From contig CAWCFL010000016.1 in the NCBI GenBank assembly GCA_963794805.1, forward strand, positions 37,455-101,454: a stretch of DNA of 64,000 nt. The letters run 5' to 3'. The notes beneath the pieces were generated by a model. The model was not told where the DNA came from and searched no databases. It was given only the letters and a program-made list of their open reading frames with translations. Made by a program: the position numbers and the translations under genes. Below, piece after piece: positions 62,282 through 64,000 of this stretch. This DNA comes from an uncultured Acidimicrobiales bacterium. GTDB taxonomy: Bacteria > Actinomycetota > Acidimicrobiia > Acidimicrobiales > Ilumatobacteraceae. The stretch's first letter is position 1, and each line of letters opens with the position of its first letter.

Positions 62282-64000
62282 ATGCGTCGCTCACTCGCCG
62301 TGCTGGCCTTCGCTGCGTCGCTCGCACTCCCGTTCGTGACCACACCGCAGTGGCCGGAGCCGCCGTACCGGACGGCTTCACCGACACGGTCGTGGCCAAC
62401 CCGGCCGGCAACCCGCTGTCGTCGCCGACCGACATCAGCCCGCTGCCCGACGGCCGGGCACTCGTGCTGGAGAAGGCCGGCGCGGTGCGCGTGCTGCAGA
62501 CGCGACGGCACGCTCGCCGCGGCCGACGCGCTCACCGTTGGCGTGTGCACCGCGTCGGAGGAGGGGCTGCTCGGGGCGGCGGCCGACCCCGCGTTCGCCA
62601 CCAACGGCTTCGTCTACCTGTACTACTCGCGCAGCGCCGGCGGCGTGCGCCAACCGGGTCGGTTCAACCGTCGCGTTCACGATGTCGGGCAACACGATCG
62701 ACCCGGGCAGCGAGCTGGTCCTGCTGGACAACATGGCCATCCCGGCCGGCAACCACGACGGCGGCGACCTGCACATCGGCGGCGACGGCTACCTGTACGT
62801 GGCGGTCGGCGACGCCGGCGCCCCGCCGCGGGGCGGGGCCCAGGACCTGAGCATCCTCAACGGCAAGATCATGCGGATCACGACCGACCGGCGGCGTTCC
62901 GGCCGACAACCCGTTCGTCGGTCGGCCGAACGCGCAGTCGTGCGCGAAGGCCGGGCTGACCAGCCCGACGAACGCGGTGTGCACCGAGATCTACGCCTAC
63001 GGACTGCGCAACCCGTTCCGCTTCGCCTTCGACCCGAACAGCGCCAACACCCGGTTCTTCATCAACGACGTCGGCGACGCCACGTGGGAGGAGGTCGATC
63101 TCGGGGCCAAGGGGGCCAACTACGGCTGGCCGATCCGCGAGGGCTTGTGCAACCGCGGCTCGACGACGGACTGCCCGCCGACGCCGGCCGGCTTCACCGA
63201 CCCGCTCACCGTCTACTCGCACGCCACCGGCTGCACGTTCATCACCGCCGGCGTGTTCGTGCCCAACGGCCTGTGGCCGGGCTACGACGGCGCGTACCTG
63301 TTCGCCGACGGCGGCTGCGGCAAGGTCTGGACACGGCCGGCCAGCGGCGCGGTGGACTACGACACCCCGTTCGCCACGACGACCGGGGTCATCGTCGACA
63401 TGTCGTTCATCACCCAGGGCACGCAGACCGCGCTGTACTACGTGACGAACGGGTCGAGCCAGATCCACCGCGTCGCGCTCAACCCCGCCGCCGACGTTCG
63501 TCGTGCACACCGGCGTGAAGAACGCGGTCGTCGTCGCCCAGTTGACCACCGACAACTACCAGGGCGGCACCGGGTGGACGGCGGCCTACGGCTGCGCCGA
63601 CGGCTTCCGCGGCACGTCGTCGACGAACAACACGGACAACCCGATCGCCTCGAACCTGGTGATCGTGCCGACCGACGCGAACGGCGACTTCTGCGTGATC
63701 TCGTATCGCCCGACGGACCTCATCGTCGACCTCGCCGGCAGCCTGCCGGGCGCGGCGATCGGCACGGCCAACCGCGTGCTCGACACCCGCCGCCAGGGTC
63801 CGGGGCTCGCCGCCGGCGTCGATCGCAAGGTGCACCTCGGACCGGCCAACGCCGCCGTCGTCGCCCAGTTCACGACCGACGACTACGAAGGCGGCACCGG
63901 GTGGACCGCGGTGTTCTCCTGCGCCGCCGGCTTCCAGGGCACCTCGCAGCCTGAACAACAAGGCCAACCCGATCGCCTCCAACCTGGTGATCGTCCCGAC
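62282..64000 (+). CDS. Secreted PQQ-dependent (soluble glucose/sorbosone dehydrogenase-like) sugar dehydrogenase with at least two C-terminal ~110-aa repeat domains; frameshifted; truncated by the window end
   Basis: Signal peptide MRRSLAVLAFAASLALP; beta-propeller motifs (PDGRALVLEKAGAVRVL, GLLGAAADPAF...YLYYS, HDGGDLHIGGDGYLYVAVGDAG, YAYGLRNPFRFAFDP, GANYGWP). A ~330-bp DNA repeat (63525..63680 vs 63855..64000) encodes NxVVVAQFTTDxYxGGTGWTA...GF.GTS...NPIASNLVIVPTD. Confidence 0.65.

Overview
This is a 64-kb window of a very high-GC (~72%) actinobacterial chromosome, densely packed with housekeeping and biosynthetic genes. It contains no rRNA, tRNA, CRISPR array or obvious mobile element. 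Gene content, by position: (1) a branched-chain amino-acid block, minus strand: leuB, ilvE, a ~0.9-kb spacer, then a citramalate/isopropylmalate-synthase-family gene (cimA-like), followed by divergent greA (2) putA (3) nadA-nadB-nadC (4) a group-2-like sigma factor (5) a LacI-family regulator (6) an IclR (LtbR-like) regulator divergent from leuC-leuD (7) a DEAD-box helicase, an acyl-CoA synthetase, a GH29 fucosidase and a TauD-family dioxygenase (8) homospermidine synthase with a translationally coupled upstream micro-ORF (9) a long-form leuA (10) flotillin plus NfeD (11) ferredoxin plus pyrF (12) serA (13) a PASTA Ser/Thr kinase (14) ligA, mnmA and iscS (Mycobacterium-like synteny) (15) a MoxR / DUF58 / DUF4350 / DUF4129 / membrane-protein cluster flanked by SpoIIM-like and RDD genes (16) galT-like and a secreted PQQ-type sugar dehydrogenase with C-terminal repeat domains. 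A large fraction of genes (putA, leuC, FKBP, acyl-CoA synthetase, fucosidase, flotillin, nfeD, FMN reductase, MFS, STPK, ligA, mnmA/iscS, moxR cluster and others) are broken by one or more frameshifts. This most likely reflects indel errors in a draft or long-read assembly rather than biology. All coordinates of frameshifted genes are approximate. The most interesting signals are regulatory. (a) There are two homologous leader-peptide attenuators, an Ile-codon leader (MTATHTIIIIR) upstream of the cimA-like gene and a Leu-codon leader (MSRSATLLLLM) upstream of leuA. Both have GC hairpin plus U-tract terminators and both appear leaderless. (b) A LacI-type twin operator sits over a sigma70-like promoter that drives a His-rich micro-ORF. 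(c) An ECF (SigH/SigE/SigR-type) GGAACA-N17-GTT promoter lies in front of the sigma factor gene. (d) There are several tandem or palindromic repeat arrays in divergent intergenic regions. (e) Between pyrF and serA lies a 36-bp x6.5 / 9-bp x8 tandem-repeat locus encoding low-complexity (GSVAxAGS)n-(CV)n or (LPATA)n peptides.
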